A DNA stretch of 59,712 bases. Origin: Octopus bimaculoides. Its lineage: Eukaryota. The first letter of the stretch is position 1; every line of letters begins with the position of its first letter. Shown here piece by piece: positions 1-12,958 of this stretch. Both the position numbers and the translations under genes were made by a program. A model generated the notes under the pieces. That model searched no databases, was not told where the DNA came from, and was given only the letters and a program-made list of their open reading frames with translations. The stretch lies in contig NC_068982.1 of assembly GCF_001194135.2 (NCBI RefSeq), positions 56,179,144 to 56,238,855 of the forward strand, read 5' to 3'.

Positions 1-13
1 GAGAGATGGGGAT

Positions 14-45
<32 letters not shown>

Positions 46-215
46 GAGAGAGAGAGAGGGGGAGAGAGAGAGAGATGGGGATATAGATAGATAGATAGAG
101 AGACAGAGAGAAAGAGAGAGAGAGAGGGGGAGAGAGAGAGAGAGATGGGGATATAGATAGATAGATAGAGAGACAGAGAGAAAGAGAGGGAGTGAGAGAG
201 AGAGTGGGGATGGAT
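1..215. repeat. Compound (GA)n/(GATA)n tract with a ~70-bp higher-order unit repeated about 3 times
   Basis: GAGAGATGGGGATATAGATAG recurs at about 1, 70 and 140. Confidence 0.8.
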
Positions 216-762
216 AAAGGAAAGAATGAAACAACGTAAGTTGTTTTATAGTGACTGAATAGATATCTGAATTTCGGNNNNNNNNNNAAAAAAAAAAAAA
301 AAAAATAACAAAAACAAAAAATAAACAACAGCAAAACAAAAGAAAGCTCTAGGCCCACCACCATCACCACCACCGCTACGTCCACCATCGACGACAACAC
401 CATTGTGTTAAAAATGTAAAATAAAATAAATATAAATATAAAAAAAGAACGAAGAAACAAAGTTATATCCACCACCACCACCACCACCACCACCGCCGCC
501 ATCACCGCCATGAATGCAATGCTTACCCGCAATGCAATCACCACTCGTCTGCGAAATACCCTGCTGATCTCAATCTCACAGATACTGAACAGATAATCAC
601 TGTGAAATTAGTGATGTTGTAATGCAGGTGACTGATGAGCAATAAAGCAATTTCATATTTTACGTGCAAGAGTTATCAGGTTGTGTCGTTCATTGGCAAG
701 GGAAATAAAAAGGAAAAAAAAAAAACATATCTGTCCGCCATTTTGATTTTGTTACTGTTTAA

Positions 763-921
763 GACATGGTTGTGCGATTAAGAAGCTCGCTTGGCGACCA
801 TATGATTTCGAGGTTAGTCCCACTACGCTTCTCTTCGGGTAAGTATCTTCTGTTATAAGCCTCGGACCGACCAAAGCCTTATAAGTGGATTTGGTAGACG
901 GATGCTAAAAGAAGCCCGTCG

Positions 922-990
<69 letters not shown>

Positions 991-1187
991 GTGTATGCGT
1001 ATGTCTGAGTTTGCCCACCCCCACGCCTTGATAACTGGTACTGATGTGTTTACGCCTCCCTAACTTAGGAGTTCGGCAAGAGACCAATAGAATAAGTATC
1101 AGGCTTTAAAAAATTCTCCAAAACAGTGCCCCAGTATGGCCGCAGTTTAATGAGCCTAATGACTGAAACAAGTAAAAGATAAAAGAT
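763..1187 (+). mobile_element. SINE family C, full length, internal (TATC)n
   Basis: tRNA-like head, ...GAAGCCCGTCG, microsatellite, then tail ...ATGACTGAAACAAGTAAAAGATAAAAG; same layout as 35127-35568. Confidence 0.85.
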
Positions 1188-1386
1188 ATATATANNNNNN
1201 NNNNNNNNNNNNNNNNNNNNNNNNNNNNNNNNNNNNNNNNNNNNNNNNNNNNNNNNNNNNNNNNNNNNNNNNNNNNNNNNNNNNNNNNNNNNNNNNNNNN
1301 NNNNNNNNNNNNNNNNNNNNNNNNNNNNNNNNNNNNNNNNNNNGTTTGTATGTATGATGTATGTATGTATGATATATATATATATG

Positions 1387-1420
<34 letters not shown>

Positions 1421-1435
1421 TGTATGTATGTATGT

Positions 1436-1630
1436 ATGTCTTCGTGTTGGTCTCTCATCATCGCTTCACAACCGTTGTTTACGTCTCCGTAATTTAGCGG
1501 TTCGGCAAAAGAGACCAATAGAGTATGTGTTCTCCTAAAAAATAAATACTGGGGTCGGTTTGTTCGACTGAATCCTTCAAAGTGGTGCCCCGGCATGGCA
1601 TCAGTCCAATGACTGGAACAAATAACTGTA
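1436..1630 (+). mobile_element. SINE family C 3' module
   Basis: TTAGCGGTTCGGCAAAAGAGACC...TGGGGTCG...CATGGC...ATGACTG. Confidence 0.8.
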
Positions 1631-2022
1631 AAAAAAAAAAGAACATTTTAAGGAGACGATATTTATGGGTCTTTTTTATATTTTCATTTCTTAATAGCAG
1701 CGAAAGGACTCTGACAGAAAACTAACGACCGATTGATTGCTCACTTAACATATTAAGTAAACTACTGAATAGTCAGTTGGTAAAATAAAGAAGTGATATT
1801 GAATCGGTGCGTGTTTTTATTTCAGTTTTCTATTAACATTATAATCCTCCCTAAACACAATAAACGGGGAAAAAATAATTAATTTCTTCGTTTGTATGTG
1901 GATTTATATATTTGTGTCTTTGTCTATAAGTGTATTTAGGTGTTCGTGCATTTATATACGGATATTTAACTGAATGGGTTGCGTGGGTTTAGAAATAACT
2001 GGAATAGTGGTTGTTGTTGTCG

Positions 2023-2063
<41 letters not shown>

Positions 2064-2377
2064 GGTGAAAGAAAAAAGAAAGGAGGAGGATAAGTTCATG
2101 TGTACCGACAATTGTACAAGTGCGTATGTGTTTGTCTGTTAGTGTGTATGCATGTGAGCGTGTATGTGTGTGTGTGTGTGTGTATGTGTGTGTGTATGTG
2201 TGTTTGTTCGTGTGCGTTTTCGTGTGCGTGTGTTATTGTTTGCACGCTTGAATGGAGAGAGAACTGGAAGAAAGAGAACGACGAGAAGTGAGAACATGCG
2301 AAAACAAAGGAAAACAAAGCAAATGAATTTAACTGCAAGATTTTTCTCCTTACGGTTAATATATGTATTTGTTTATA

Positions 2378-2424
<47 letters not shown>

Positions 2425-2944
2425 ATANNNNNNNNNNNNNNNNNNNNNNNNNNNNNNNNNNNNNNNNNNNNNNNNNNNNNNNNNNNNNNNNNNNNNNNNN
2501 NNNNNNNNNNNNNNNNNNNNNNNNNNNNNNNNNNNNNNNNNNNNNNNNNNNNNNNNNNNNNNTATATATATATATATATATATATGTATATTTATATATA
2601 TATGTATACACACACAAATTCACACACACACGCACGCGCACACACATACACATGCACACACACATAAAAACAGGATATTGGAAAAAAATTTTTGGTATTA
2701 TTTATTCACCATTACACGTGCTTCTTTTGCTAATAGGAGTTACAAAATTGTACACGAAGGAGAAACATATAACAGATATCCTATTAGAAATTCTTCAAAC
2801 AGAGAAACAAATAATAAAAAATTGACTTTTGGATGAAGCTTTAATTTATAATCAGTAATTAGTTTAATGGTAATATTAAAAAGAGAGTTAAAGATTAATG
2901 TTATAAATATACCCACATGCACATTTAGATTGTGAAATTAAGGT

Positions 2945-3169
2945 GTAAGTGGCTGAGTACTCCACAGACACGTGCACCCTTAATGTACTTCTCAGGGAGA
3001 TTCAGTGTGACACAGATTGTGACAAGGCTGACTCTTTGAAATACAGGTACTACTCATTTTAGCCAGCTGAGTGGACTGGAGTAACATGAAATGACACAAG
3101 GCGCCACCGGAAACCGAACTCACGAACTTGCGATCGTGAACCGAATGCCTAACCACTAAGCCTCGCGCC
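2945..3169 (-). mobile_element. SINE with CORE-like head plus the family-A tail, internally deleted
   Basis: CAGCTGAGTGGACTGGAG central domain; tail shared with 32172-32489; Pol III-like head at the right end. Confidence 0.8.
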
Positions 3170-3181
3170 ATCACACACACA

Positions 3182-3223
<42 letters not shown>

Positions 3224-3822
3224 CACACACATACATACGTACTTGTACATAGAAATATATACGTACATTCAAATACTAACAGAAGCACATACAGGCGCGT
3301 CTGTGTTTGTGAGAAAGAGCAATTTCATTTAGCCTAAGCCGGTTACCTGTTACTCTGGAGTATTCCCGATATACAAGTCAGTGCCTCGCGCAGGGAAAAA
3401 GATGGATAATGGATTGAATTGAATTTAATTTAATTCTATTTCTCTTTTTTTTAATATTATTTTACTTTTGGTGGGCAGTTTATTCGGCTAATATATTTTG
3501 TATCATTTAACATATTTCATGAATATTGATCTAAGCTTGTTCTCATCCTAGTACATTGTTCGAGGGCGTTGTTTACGAGATGTACTGTTCCAGTAATCGT
3601 TGATAAGCTTATTTTGGGGTGTGATATCATGTTAATGACGTGATGTTGACTGAGAAGCAAAGTATCTAGTTGTCTATGTTTATAATATTGTCTGAATGTC
3701 CCTTTTGAAATTAGCTCTTTGATATAAGTACTATTACTTTGATTAAGTACTATATAAGTACTATTTTGTAGTTATAAGTTATCTCTATTTGTTTATTCTT
3801 ATGTTGTTACTCATAGAAATGT

Positions 3823-4428
3823 GGAGGCGCAATGGCCCAGTGGTTAGGGTAGCGGACTCGCGGTTATAGGATCGCGGTTTCAATTCCCAGACCGGGCGTT
3901 GTGAATGTTTAATGAGCGAAAACACCTAAAGCTCCACGCGGCTCCGGCAAGGGATGGTGGCGAACCCTGCTGTACTCTTTCACCACAACTTTCTCTCACT
4001 CTTACTTCCTGTTTCTGTTGTGCCTGTAATTCAAAGGGTCAGCCTTGTCACACTGTGTCACGCTGAATATCCCCGAGAACTACGTTAAGGGTACACGTGT
4101 CTGTGGAGTGCTCAGCTACTNNNNNNNNNNGTTTAATGAGCGAAAACACCTAAAGCTCCACGCGGCTCCGGCAAGGGATGGTGGCGAACCCTGCTGTACT
4201 CTTTCACCACAACTTTCTCTCACTCTTACTTCCTGTTTCTGTTGTGCCTGTAATTCAAAGGGTCAGCCTTGTCACACTGTGTCACGCTGAATATCCCCGA
4301 GAACTACGTTAAGGGTACACGTGTCTGTGGAGTGCTCAGCTACTTGCACGTTAATGTCACGAGCAGGCTTTTCCGTTGATCGGATCAACTGGAACCCTCG
4401 ACGTCGTAACCGACGGAGTGCCAACAAC
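3823..4428 (+). mobile_element. SINE family A (tRNA head, CAA-ending tail); 214 bp duplicated across a 10-N gap
   Basis: A box TGGCCCAGTGG, B-box-like GGTTTCAATTCCC, tail ...GACGGAGTGCCAACAAC. Confidence 0.9.
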
Positions 4429-4498
4429 TCATAGAAATAGGCCGATTTATTCCCAGTCAGTATTTATATTGTTAACGCTGTGGATTGAATGGTACTGC

Positions 4499-4880
4499 TC
4501 AGGTGTCGAGAACATAGTGATATTCCTTTGGCAGCTGAAGACAGGAATGCGAATTATGCTCGATTGTGAATTTCTTATAACTTACTTCCGTTATTCTGGG
4601 TTGTCCTTCATTTTGTAAAGTTTGCTTACTTTGGCATTGTTTGGTTTTCTTTGTAGATAACCTAAATAGGCTCGGACAAGGCTCAGACATTGGGGTCTAG
4701 TTTTGGTAGGTTCTGTGGCATGTATGTATACACATATATTATCGCTGTCACATACTTAATGTATGTTAAAACGCCTTTTGTCTGCGATATTTCGTCCAGG
4801 GGCAGTCCTTTTAAGGATGTAGAATGTTCAAAATCATAGTATACTTCAAAGCTAGGGAAACCAACCGCCTCGGAGGAGAA
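4499..4880 (-). CDS. Candidate three terminal exons of an unidentified gene (4880-4756, 4661-4586, 4534-4499)
   Basis: Canonical AG/GT sites, consistent phases 0-2-0, stop, then AATAAA about 50 nt downstream; protein not recognised and one intron is only 51 nt. Confidence 0.2.
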
Positions 4881-5049
4881 CTGAAAGAACACATGTCAAC
4901 ATTTCGCTGTTATTTCAGCTTATCGGTGTTATATACTCGATTCGCATTAGGGGCAAATTCAAATAGCTGGCCCAAACTATATACAAACAACGTATAATCT
5001 ATCTGCTGATCTGCATTAGCAACGCACAAGTAATATATATGTATATGTA

Positions 5050-5101
<52 letters not shown>

Positions 5102-5619
5102 CTTNNNNNNNNNNNNNNNNNNNNNNNNNNNNNNNNNNNNNNNNNNNNNNNNNNNNNNNNNNNNNNNNNNNNNNNNNNNNNNNNNNNNNNNNNNNNNNNN
5201 NNNNNNNNNNNNNNNNNNNNNNNNNNNNNNNNNNNNNNNNNNNNNNNNNNNNNNNNNNNNNNNNNNNNNNNNNNNNNNNNNNNNNNNNNNNNNNNNNNNN
5301 NNNNNNNNNNNNNNNNNNNNNNNNNNNNNNNNNNNNNNNNNNNNNNNNNNNNNNNNNNNNNNNNNNNNNNNNNNNNNNNNNNNNNNNNNNNNNNNNNNNN
5401 NNNNNNNNNNNNNNNNNNNNNNNNNNNNNNNNNNNNNNNNNNNNNNNNNNNNNNNNNNNNNNNNNNNNNNNNNNNNNNNNNNNNNNNNNNNNNNNNNNNN
5501 NNNNNNNNNNNNNNNNNNNNNNNNNNNNNNNNNNNNNNNNNNNNNNNNNNNNNNNNNNNNNNNNNNNNNNNNNNNNNNNNNNNNNNNNNNNNNNNNNNNN
5601 NNNNNNNNNNNNNNNNNNA

Positions 5620-5800
5620 CTTATTTGCCATGAAACCACCTCAGTTCTGGGAAGAGGGTATTTTTAAGTTAAAGGAAAGATGGAGACGCATTGTGCAACA
5701 AAATGGTTCATATTTGGTTGATTAAAAATGTAATGGCAAGTATTTACTGACCTTTTTCTTTCTTTTAAAAATCGGCACGAACTTTCCGGACAACCCAATA
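5620..5800 (+). mobile_element. Mariner transposon 3' end (transposase C-terminus plus right TIR)
   Basis: Reads LFAMKPPQFWEEGIFKLKERWRRIVQQNGSYLVD*, followed by TIR-like AAAATCGGCACGAACTTTCCGGACAACCCAA and TA; left part lost in the gap. Confidence 0.88.
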
Positions 5801-6639
5801 TATCGATATATATATATTCCCTTTTGGAACTGGATTCCGGAGCACACATAAAGCAAAAGCACACACGCACCCACCCACATATATTTTAATGTGTGTTTCT
5901 ATGTGAAGTTATATATAAAATCAAATTAAAGAATTACTTAACTGCGAGGAAAAAGTTGACAACGGCTTCAAAGTATCGGCTTACTAGCCGTCATCATGGG
6001 ACGGTTGGTAAGCCAACACTTCGTGATCACTCTCACATTTTTCACTGTAAACATGTGTGTGCATGTGTGCGCGCGTGTGTGAGGGAGAGAGAAAGAAAGA
6101 GAGAAAGAAAGAGAGAGAGTGAAAGATGGATTGATCGATAGATAAAAGTATACGTACACCACACCTAAGTTTCAAAATTTTCAAAATTTATTTTACATCG
6201 GTGATTGACCTTTCAGTTTCTAGATCGGTGATTGACCTTCAATTTTTTACGCATTATACAGATTTCTAAACAACTCTTTTCTCTTTTTTTGTAAACCGAG
6301 GTTTAGTTCCGCCGAAAATTAGTTGTTATACCTTAAATTACAAGGGTTTGGTATTATCTCTAAAATTTAGTGATATTAGAAGGGCGGTTTGAATTATTTA
6401 CCGCTATTGATTCATCGTTTTATTTCAACAAGTCTCAACTGTAGATATGACGTCACCCCTTTTTTTCCTTTGAGATATATTTTTTACTCCTCTTTTACTT
6501 ATTTCTGCTCCTTTTTTTGCTTGTTTTTGAAATGATTCCTTTGATGATAATCATACCGACACACACAGAAAACTCATAAATTTACATATGTGTGTATGTG
6601 TGCGTGTTAAAATGAGTGTCTATATATACATGTTATATG

Positions 6640-6685
<46 letters not shown>

Positions 6686-7114
6686 GCACCCTAATCTTTC
6701 AGGACTATAATTTTGTATAACCATGTTATATTTCTTCTCACATAACAACAATAGCTATCATGACAGGAGTAAAATAAGAATAACAACTACAATATTAAAA
6801 CCCCAAAACAAATTAAATATGAAGTAATAAAAAAGAACGTTATAAATCTCTAAGAAATCCGCCGCTAACGACAGGCGGGCCGGTTTCAAAGATCACCGAA
6901 GTAGTAATCTTTTATCATGGTCCCCGTCTCCACCACATCACAAATCCTCTATTTCTTCTTCAACTCGTTATATTACACTTTCCATTACCCTATCATCTTT
7001 TTTTTTCTCACTCTGTCTCTCTGACCTCTCCTCTCTCTCCACACACACTCATAAATATGCATATACTTGTGTGTCTTATGCTGGTATGTATGCTTGTATG
7101 TATTTTCTTTCGTG

Positions 7115-7150
<36 letters not shown>

Positions 7151-7264
7151 ATGAATGAACAAAAAAGAAAAACCATAAGAGGACCGAGTTTTATCAAACG
7201 TGCGCGCACACACACACACGCACACACGCACACACGCACACACGCACACACACACGTACACGCG

Positions 7265-7303
<39 letters not shown>

Positions 7304-7344
7304 CTCGCCTTGCTGGACCGATGAAATCTACAAGCTTTTTTTTC

Positions 7345-7497
7345 ATTCTCTCTGTTTATTTTCTCTTATTCCTTTCTGTTGAATAGCGTAGGCTCGAATC
7401 GTAAAAGATTTTTTCATTTTCCCGAGCATCAAACTAATACACCTGCTTGTTGTTCATACACCTGTCTTCGTCTTTTGTTTTTCTATAAATTTCAACA
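7345..7497 (+). mobile_element. Penelope-type LTR-like non-autonomous fragment with degenerate hammerhead-like motif
   Basis: CTTTCTGTTGAATAGCGTAGGCTCGAATCGTAAAAG; homologous to the inverted copy at 59437-59600. Confidence 0.6.
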
Positions 7498-7685
7498 ATA
7501 TATACATACATACATACATACATACATACATACACACATACATATACATACATATACATATATACATAAGAAGATATACGTCCAAAATAATATTATATTA
7601 ATTGATAAATATTTAAAGTATGAATATTTAAAAGGTTTGAGATATCTTACGATCGTTTCATGAATTTATTTGATTAATTATATAC

Positions 7686-7724
<39 letters not shown>

Positions 7725-8078
7725 NNNNNNNNNNNNNNNNNNNNNNNNNNNNNNNNNNNNNNNNNNNNNNNNNNNNNNNNNNNNNNNNNNNNNNNNNNNN
7801 NNNNNNNNNNNNNNNNNNNNNNNNNNNNNNNNNNNNNNNNNNNNNNNNNNNNNNNNNNNNNNNNNNNNNNNNNNNNNNNNNNNNNNNNNNNNNNNNNNNN
7901 NNNNNNNNNNNNNNNNNNNNNNNNNNNNNNNNNNNNNNNNNNNNNNNNNNNNNNNNNNNNNNNNNNNNNNNNNNNNNNNNNNNNNNNNNNNNNNNNNNNN
8001 NNNNNNNNNNNNNNNNNNNNNNNNNNNNNNNNNNNNNNNNNNNNNNNNNNNNNNNNNNNNNNNNNNNNNNNNNNNNNN

Positions 8079-8135
<57 letters not shown>

Positions 8136-8137
<2 letters not shown>

Positions 8138-8370
8138 TTCTGTGCTTGTCCCCCATCCGCCATCGCTTGACAATCAATGCTGGTATGTTTATGTCCCCGT
8201 AACTTAGCGGTTCGGCAAAAGAGTCCGATAGAATAAGTATTAGGCTTACAAGGAATAAGTCCTGGGGTCGAGTTCTTCGACTAAAATCATTTAAGGCGAT
8301 GCTCCAACATGGCTGCAGTCAAATGACTGAAACAAGTAGCATAATGAAAGAATAAAAGAATAAAAGAATA
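8136..8370 (+). mobile_element. SINE family C 3' module
   Basis: CCATCGCTTGACAA...GTAACTTAGCGGTTCGGCAAAAGAG...GAATAAAAGAATAAAAG. Confidence 0.9.
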
Positions 8371-8985
8371 CAGATATATCAGTGTTCACGCGAGGATATT
8401 TATGCTCATGTTTGTTTCACCATTTCTTAAAAACCGATGTTGTTTCGTTTCCCTCTTTCCTTAGGTGTTGAGCATAAGTACCAGATTGCCTGACTAAACT
8501 AAACGAATGAAAGACAAGAATATATATATGCGGAATCTACTACATTTAATCTATAAAACAGTCAAAGCCAGTGCACGTTTCCCCCTTGCATGGGTATAAA
8601 TATAACCGAAAATATATGTTAGATATACAAGCTTGTTAGTTTACGTATCTAGGCATGCACAGTCGAACATAATGTTTTATCCTACAGAGAGAAATGATTA
8701 CAAGTAAACATAAGCACAAACACACGTCTGGCCATAGAGGAAAAAAAAAGCTGGTAGTCAAGAAGACAAAGAAAAGTGGCGAGAGAGTGGAAAAGAAAGA
8801 ATAAAACAGTCCAGTACAAGTGCTTTGTCCATCCATGGAATAGGAAAAGGCAAGTTTGACTTGAACGGCATTGGAAAACTCAAGGAGCGGAGAGTCGCAA
8901 TGAATACGGCAAGGCAATTCATCCAGTGTTTTACCGAGTTTGCTAATACGCCGCTGATATATATTTACACACACACGTACACACA

Positions 8986-9076
<91 letters not shown>

Positions 9077-9622
9077 TCTCACGTAACATGACTGGTGTAA
9101 GATGGAAAATAACATAAATTTTCTCTGCCAGACAATGGCCTCAGTACTTTAACCTATATTTAAATGCTAGTGATATATCTAGTATTTTTCACATATTGCT
9201 AATATCCACTCATTTATCTCTTGATATCCAAATATATCTTGAAAGTTTTGTATTCTTCTCCAAGTGGCAATGATGGAATAAATTGATGTGTTGGCACATA
9301 CGATATATGATCACAGTATTCATTTTAAAAGTACGATTTGTAGAAAGATTTCCTTGTTTCGTAGTTATTAACCAATGTTACTTCTATTTCTCGTTCGGCT
9401 AAGATTAACTTAAAGCTAGCATCATACTCTAACTCATTTTCATTTGTATTTTCTTACACTCAATCACTTACTGTTTGCCGAGGAGGGTTGTACGATAAAC
9501 ACCTCATTGTTTCCTTATTTTACCTTCTCATTTTATTTCCCCTTAAATCTGCATTACATCCTTACTGTGGTAGCAAATAAATATACATTGCTAGTTATAT
9601 GTAGTTGTATGTGTGCGTGAGT

Positions 9623-10003
9623 GGATGCGCAATGGCCCAGTGGTTAGGGCAGCGGACTCGTAGTCATAGGATCGCGGGTTCGATTCCCAGACAGGGCGTT
9701 GTGAGTGTTTATTGAGCGAAAACAACTAAAGCTCCACGAGGCTCTGGCAGGGGATGGTGACGAACCCTGCTGTTCTCTTTCGCAACAACTTTCTCTCACT
9801 CTTACTTCCTGTTTCTGTTGTGCCTGTAATTGAAAGGGTCAGCCTTGTCACACTGTGTCACGCTGAATATCCCCGAGAACTACGTTAAGGGTACACGTGT
9901 CTGTGGAGTGCTCAGCCACTTGCACGTTAATTTCAAGAGCAGGCTGTTCCGTTGATCGGATCAACTGGAACCCTCGACGTCGTAAGCGACGGAGTGCCAA
10001 CAA
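9623..10003 (+). mobile_element. SINE family A, full length
   Basis: Highly similar to 3823-4428 and 36136-36493; A/B boxes; CAA tail. Confidence 0.92.
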
Positions 10004-11099
10004 ATATGTGCGTGCACGTTCACTTGTGTATGAATTGTTATAAGATGAACATAATTGGTGCGTTTAACAAAAATATACTACGGTTATACAAATGCGGTCT
10101 TGCTTTTCATTGATTACAGAATCTATTAAATAAGTAACAAACGAAGTACTGGGATCGATAAAAATCGATGAAAACCGGTAAAGACGTACACCAGCATGGT
10201 TGCAACTCAATAACTGAAACCAGTAAAAGATTAAAAGAATATAAATACTGAAGGAAACGTATGAAATATCCCGATATTCTCCGCCATAGGTAGTCACATT
10301 AAAATAGAATCCTCACACTAAGCTAATCTTAAATAATCATTCCTCCATTAAAGTTCAATCTGCAAAGTTTAAAATGTTAGCCACAGGGAATACTTTCTGT
10401 AAACAATCAATTATTTCTGGTCAAATTATCATCTGGAAAGATGAAAAAAAAAATCTTGAAACAAGAAAAAGAAAACAGCATTTTGTTATTATCAACCTTT
10501 CGTGCTCTACCTGAACATAGGTTGTTCTAACGTTTTACATCGTCTTCTGTGTCAATATGATTAATTATAATCATTAATTACCACATTAAAACTGATATCT
10601 TTTCCAATTCATTGTGGATTAACTTTTACAAAACAAAAATGTCGGTAGTAGATTTTTTTCTCTCCAGTTTTGACTATCGAGCTGTGAAGCAAGACGAAAT
10701 CTATCAGAAATAATGTTTTGCAGCTTAACTACCAAGAGATTATAATCGCAACTTGTTCCTTTCGAGATCGTTATTTTGAACAGATAACAAACGACATTTT
10801 GTATTTTCAAATACAAATAATAACAGATGTATAGTCTTAATCTGCTGTATATTTCTAACGTCCAGTCTTAGAAGAGTCCTGAAGGAAAAGGAAGATGATC
10901 ACGTGAGGAAAAGAAAGATGACCGATGATCATGTGTGAGCAACGAGAGAGAGGAAAAGAGAAAGGAAGAGAGAGAGAGATAAAGAACGGTGAAGGGGAGA
11001 AAAAGATGAGGGAAAAACAGTATAGAGTAGAATCGCATCAAAAAGATTAAAATTAACTTACTTGGAAATGGCTGCATGGCGTTCAATCAAATAATAATA

Positions 11100-11131
<32 letters not shown>

Positions 11132-11394
11132 NNNNNNNNNNNNNNNNNNNNNNNNNNNNNNNNNNNNNNNNNNNNNNNNNNNNNNNNNNNNNNNNNNNNN
11201 NNNNNNNNNNNNNNNNNNNNNNNNNNNNNNNNNNNNNNNNNNNNNNNNNNNNNNNNNNNNNNNNNNNNNNNNNNNNNNNNNNNNNNNNNNNNNNNNNNNN
11301 NNNNNNNNNNNNNNNNNNNNNNNNNNNNNNNNNNNNNNNNNNNNNNNNNNNNNNNNNNNNNNNNNNNNNNNNNNNNNNNNNNNNNNNNNNNNNN

Positions 11395-11464
<70 letters not shown>

Positions 11465-11475
11465 GCATATATGAA

Positions 11476-11627
11476 TACAGGACGTCACCAACAGTCAACA
11501 CCATGAAATACGAACACAAATGAGTTCAATACGCAAACAACGAAAGAAACAAATGGAAAACAGGACAAGTAACATAAAGAACGACCATTCATCTGCTGTC
11601 GGCTATCTATCTACTCCTCATTTCGAA
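11476..11627 (-). mobile_element. Penelope-type LTR-like fragment, second family
   Basis: Shares TACAGGAC...AACAACGAAAGAAACAAA...ATCTACTCC with 18545-18730. Confidence 0.55.
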
Positions 11628-11644
11628 CCATATATATATATACA

Positions 11645-11895
11645 GAATGTTGGGTCTACGTGTGCAACCCTGAAACGAAGCATCAGTAGTCACAATGGAA
11701 AAACTCTTTATCTCTACGACCGTAGGAGGCACAACAGTGCTGCAGCTCAACGAAGAGCATGCTGATCGTTTGTTTCTACATCTGCAGTATTGTGCATCGA
11801 GAATTCCGCCCCCAGGGTCAGACCGTCAATCGAGAGTTCTACTACGACGTTTTGAAGTGTTTGAGGCAGGACATTCGGCGAAAGCGAACGGATCT
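11645..11895 (+). pseudogene. Mariner transposase catalytic-domain fragment
   Basis: WVYVCNPETKHQ*SQWKNSLSLRP*EAQQCCSSTKSMLIVCFYICSIVHREFRPQGQTVNREFYYDVLKCLRQDIRRKRTD matches the mariner WxYxYDPETKxQSxQW...MLIVFFDxxGIVHxEFxPxGQTVN pattern; two stops; runs into a gap. Confidence 0.9.
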
Positions 11896-12546
11896 NNNNN
11901 NNNNNNNNNNNNNNNNNNNNNNNNNNNNNNNNNNNNNNNNNNNNNNNNNNNNNNNNNNNNNNNNNNNNNNNNNNNNNNNNNNNNNNNNNNNNNNNNNNNN
12001 NNNNNNNNNNNNNNNNNNNNNNNNNNNNNNNNNNNNNNNNNNNNNNNNNNNNNNNNNNNNNNNNNNNNNNNNNNNNNNNNNNNNNNNNNNNNNNNNNNNN
12101 NNNNNNNNNNNNNNNNNNNNNNNNNNNNNNNNNNNNNNNNNNNNNNNNNNNNNNNNNNNNNNNNNNNNNNNNNNNNNNNNNNNNNNNNNNNNNNNNNNNN
12201 NNNNNNNNNNNNNNNNNNNNNNNNNNNNNNNNNNNNNNNNNNNNNNNNNNNNNNNNNNNNNNNNNNNNNNNNNNNNNNNNNNNNNNNNNNNNNNNNNNNN
12301 NNNNNNNNNNNNNNNNNNNNNNNNNNNNNNNNNNNNNNNNNNNNNNNNNNNNNNNNNNNNNNNNNNNNNNNNNNNNNNNNNNNNNNNNNNNNNNNNNNNN
12401 NNNNNNNNNNNNNNNNNNNNNNNNNNNNNNNNNNNNNNNNNNNNNNNNNNNNNNNNNNNNNNNNNNNNNNNNNNNNNNNNNNNNNNNNNNNNNNNNNNNN
12501 NNNNNNNNNNNNNNNNNNNNNNNNNNNNNNNNNNNNNNNNNNNNNN

Positions 12547-12578
<32 letters not shown>

Positions 12579-12860
12579 AAATCTATATACTGACAGGTTA
12601 GATTTGACTTAACTATCAGCTTTATTTCCAAGCGAAATTAGCTTGCCAATATATAATAGTACCCTCGCTCGCTGTGGGTAGTTAACTCCCCTGTCAGTAC
12701 ATAAACTTGTGCTATGTTTGTGGCTATAAGGGTCTTTGACGCTTATTTCTAGCAATGTAGGTGGCGCCAAGCGCCATCAGTCACTATTGGTGACAACTGA
12801 ATTTCTTTTTGATTTTATATTGCGTCTAGTCACCTTTATTACACACACACACACACACAC

Positions 12861-12958
12861 ACGACGGGCTTCTTTCAGTTTCCCTCTACCAAATCTACTC
12901 GCAAGACTTTGTTCGGCCCGAGACTCTAGTAGAAGACACATGCCCTAGGGGTCATGCA
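12861..12958 (-). mobile_element. SINE family C 5' module
   Basis: ACGACGGGCTTCTTTCAGTTTCC...GTAGAAGACAC. Confidence 0.8.

Noticed and set aside
3823-3900. tRNA genes at SINE heads (here and at other copies)
   Set aside because: A/B boxes are present but there is no full cloverleaf, and each continues into a SINE body
12760-12777. GGAKRH, identical to part of the H4 tail
   Set aside because: Only six codons match and both flanks are unrelated; treated as coincidence
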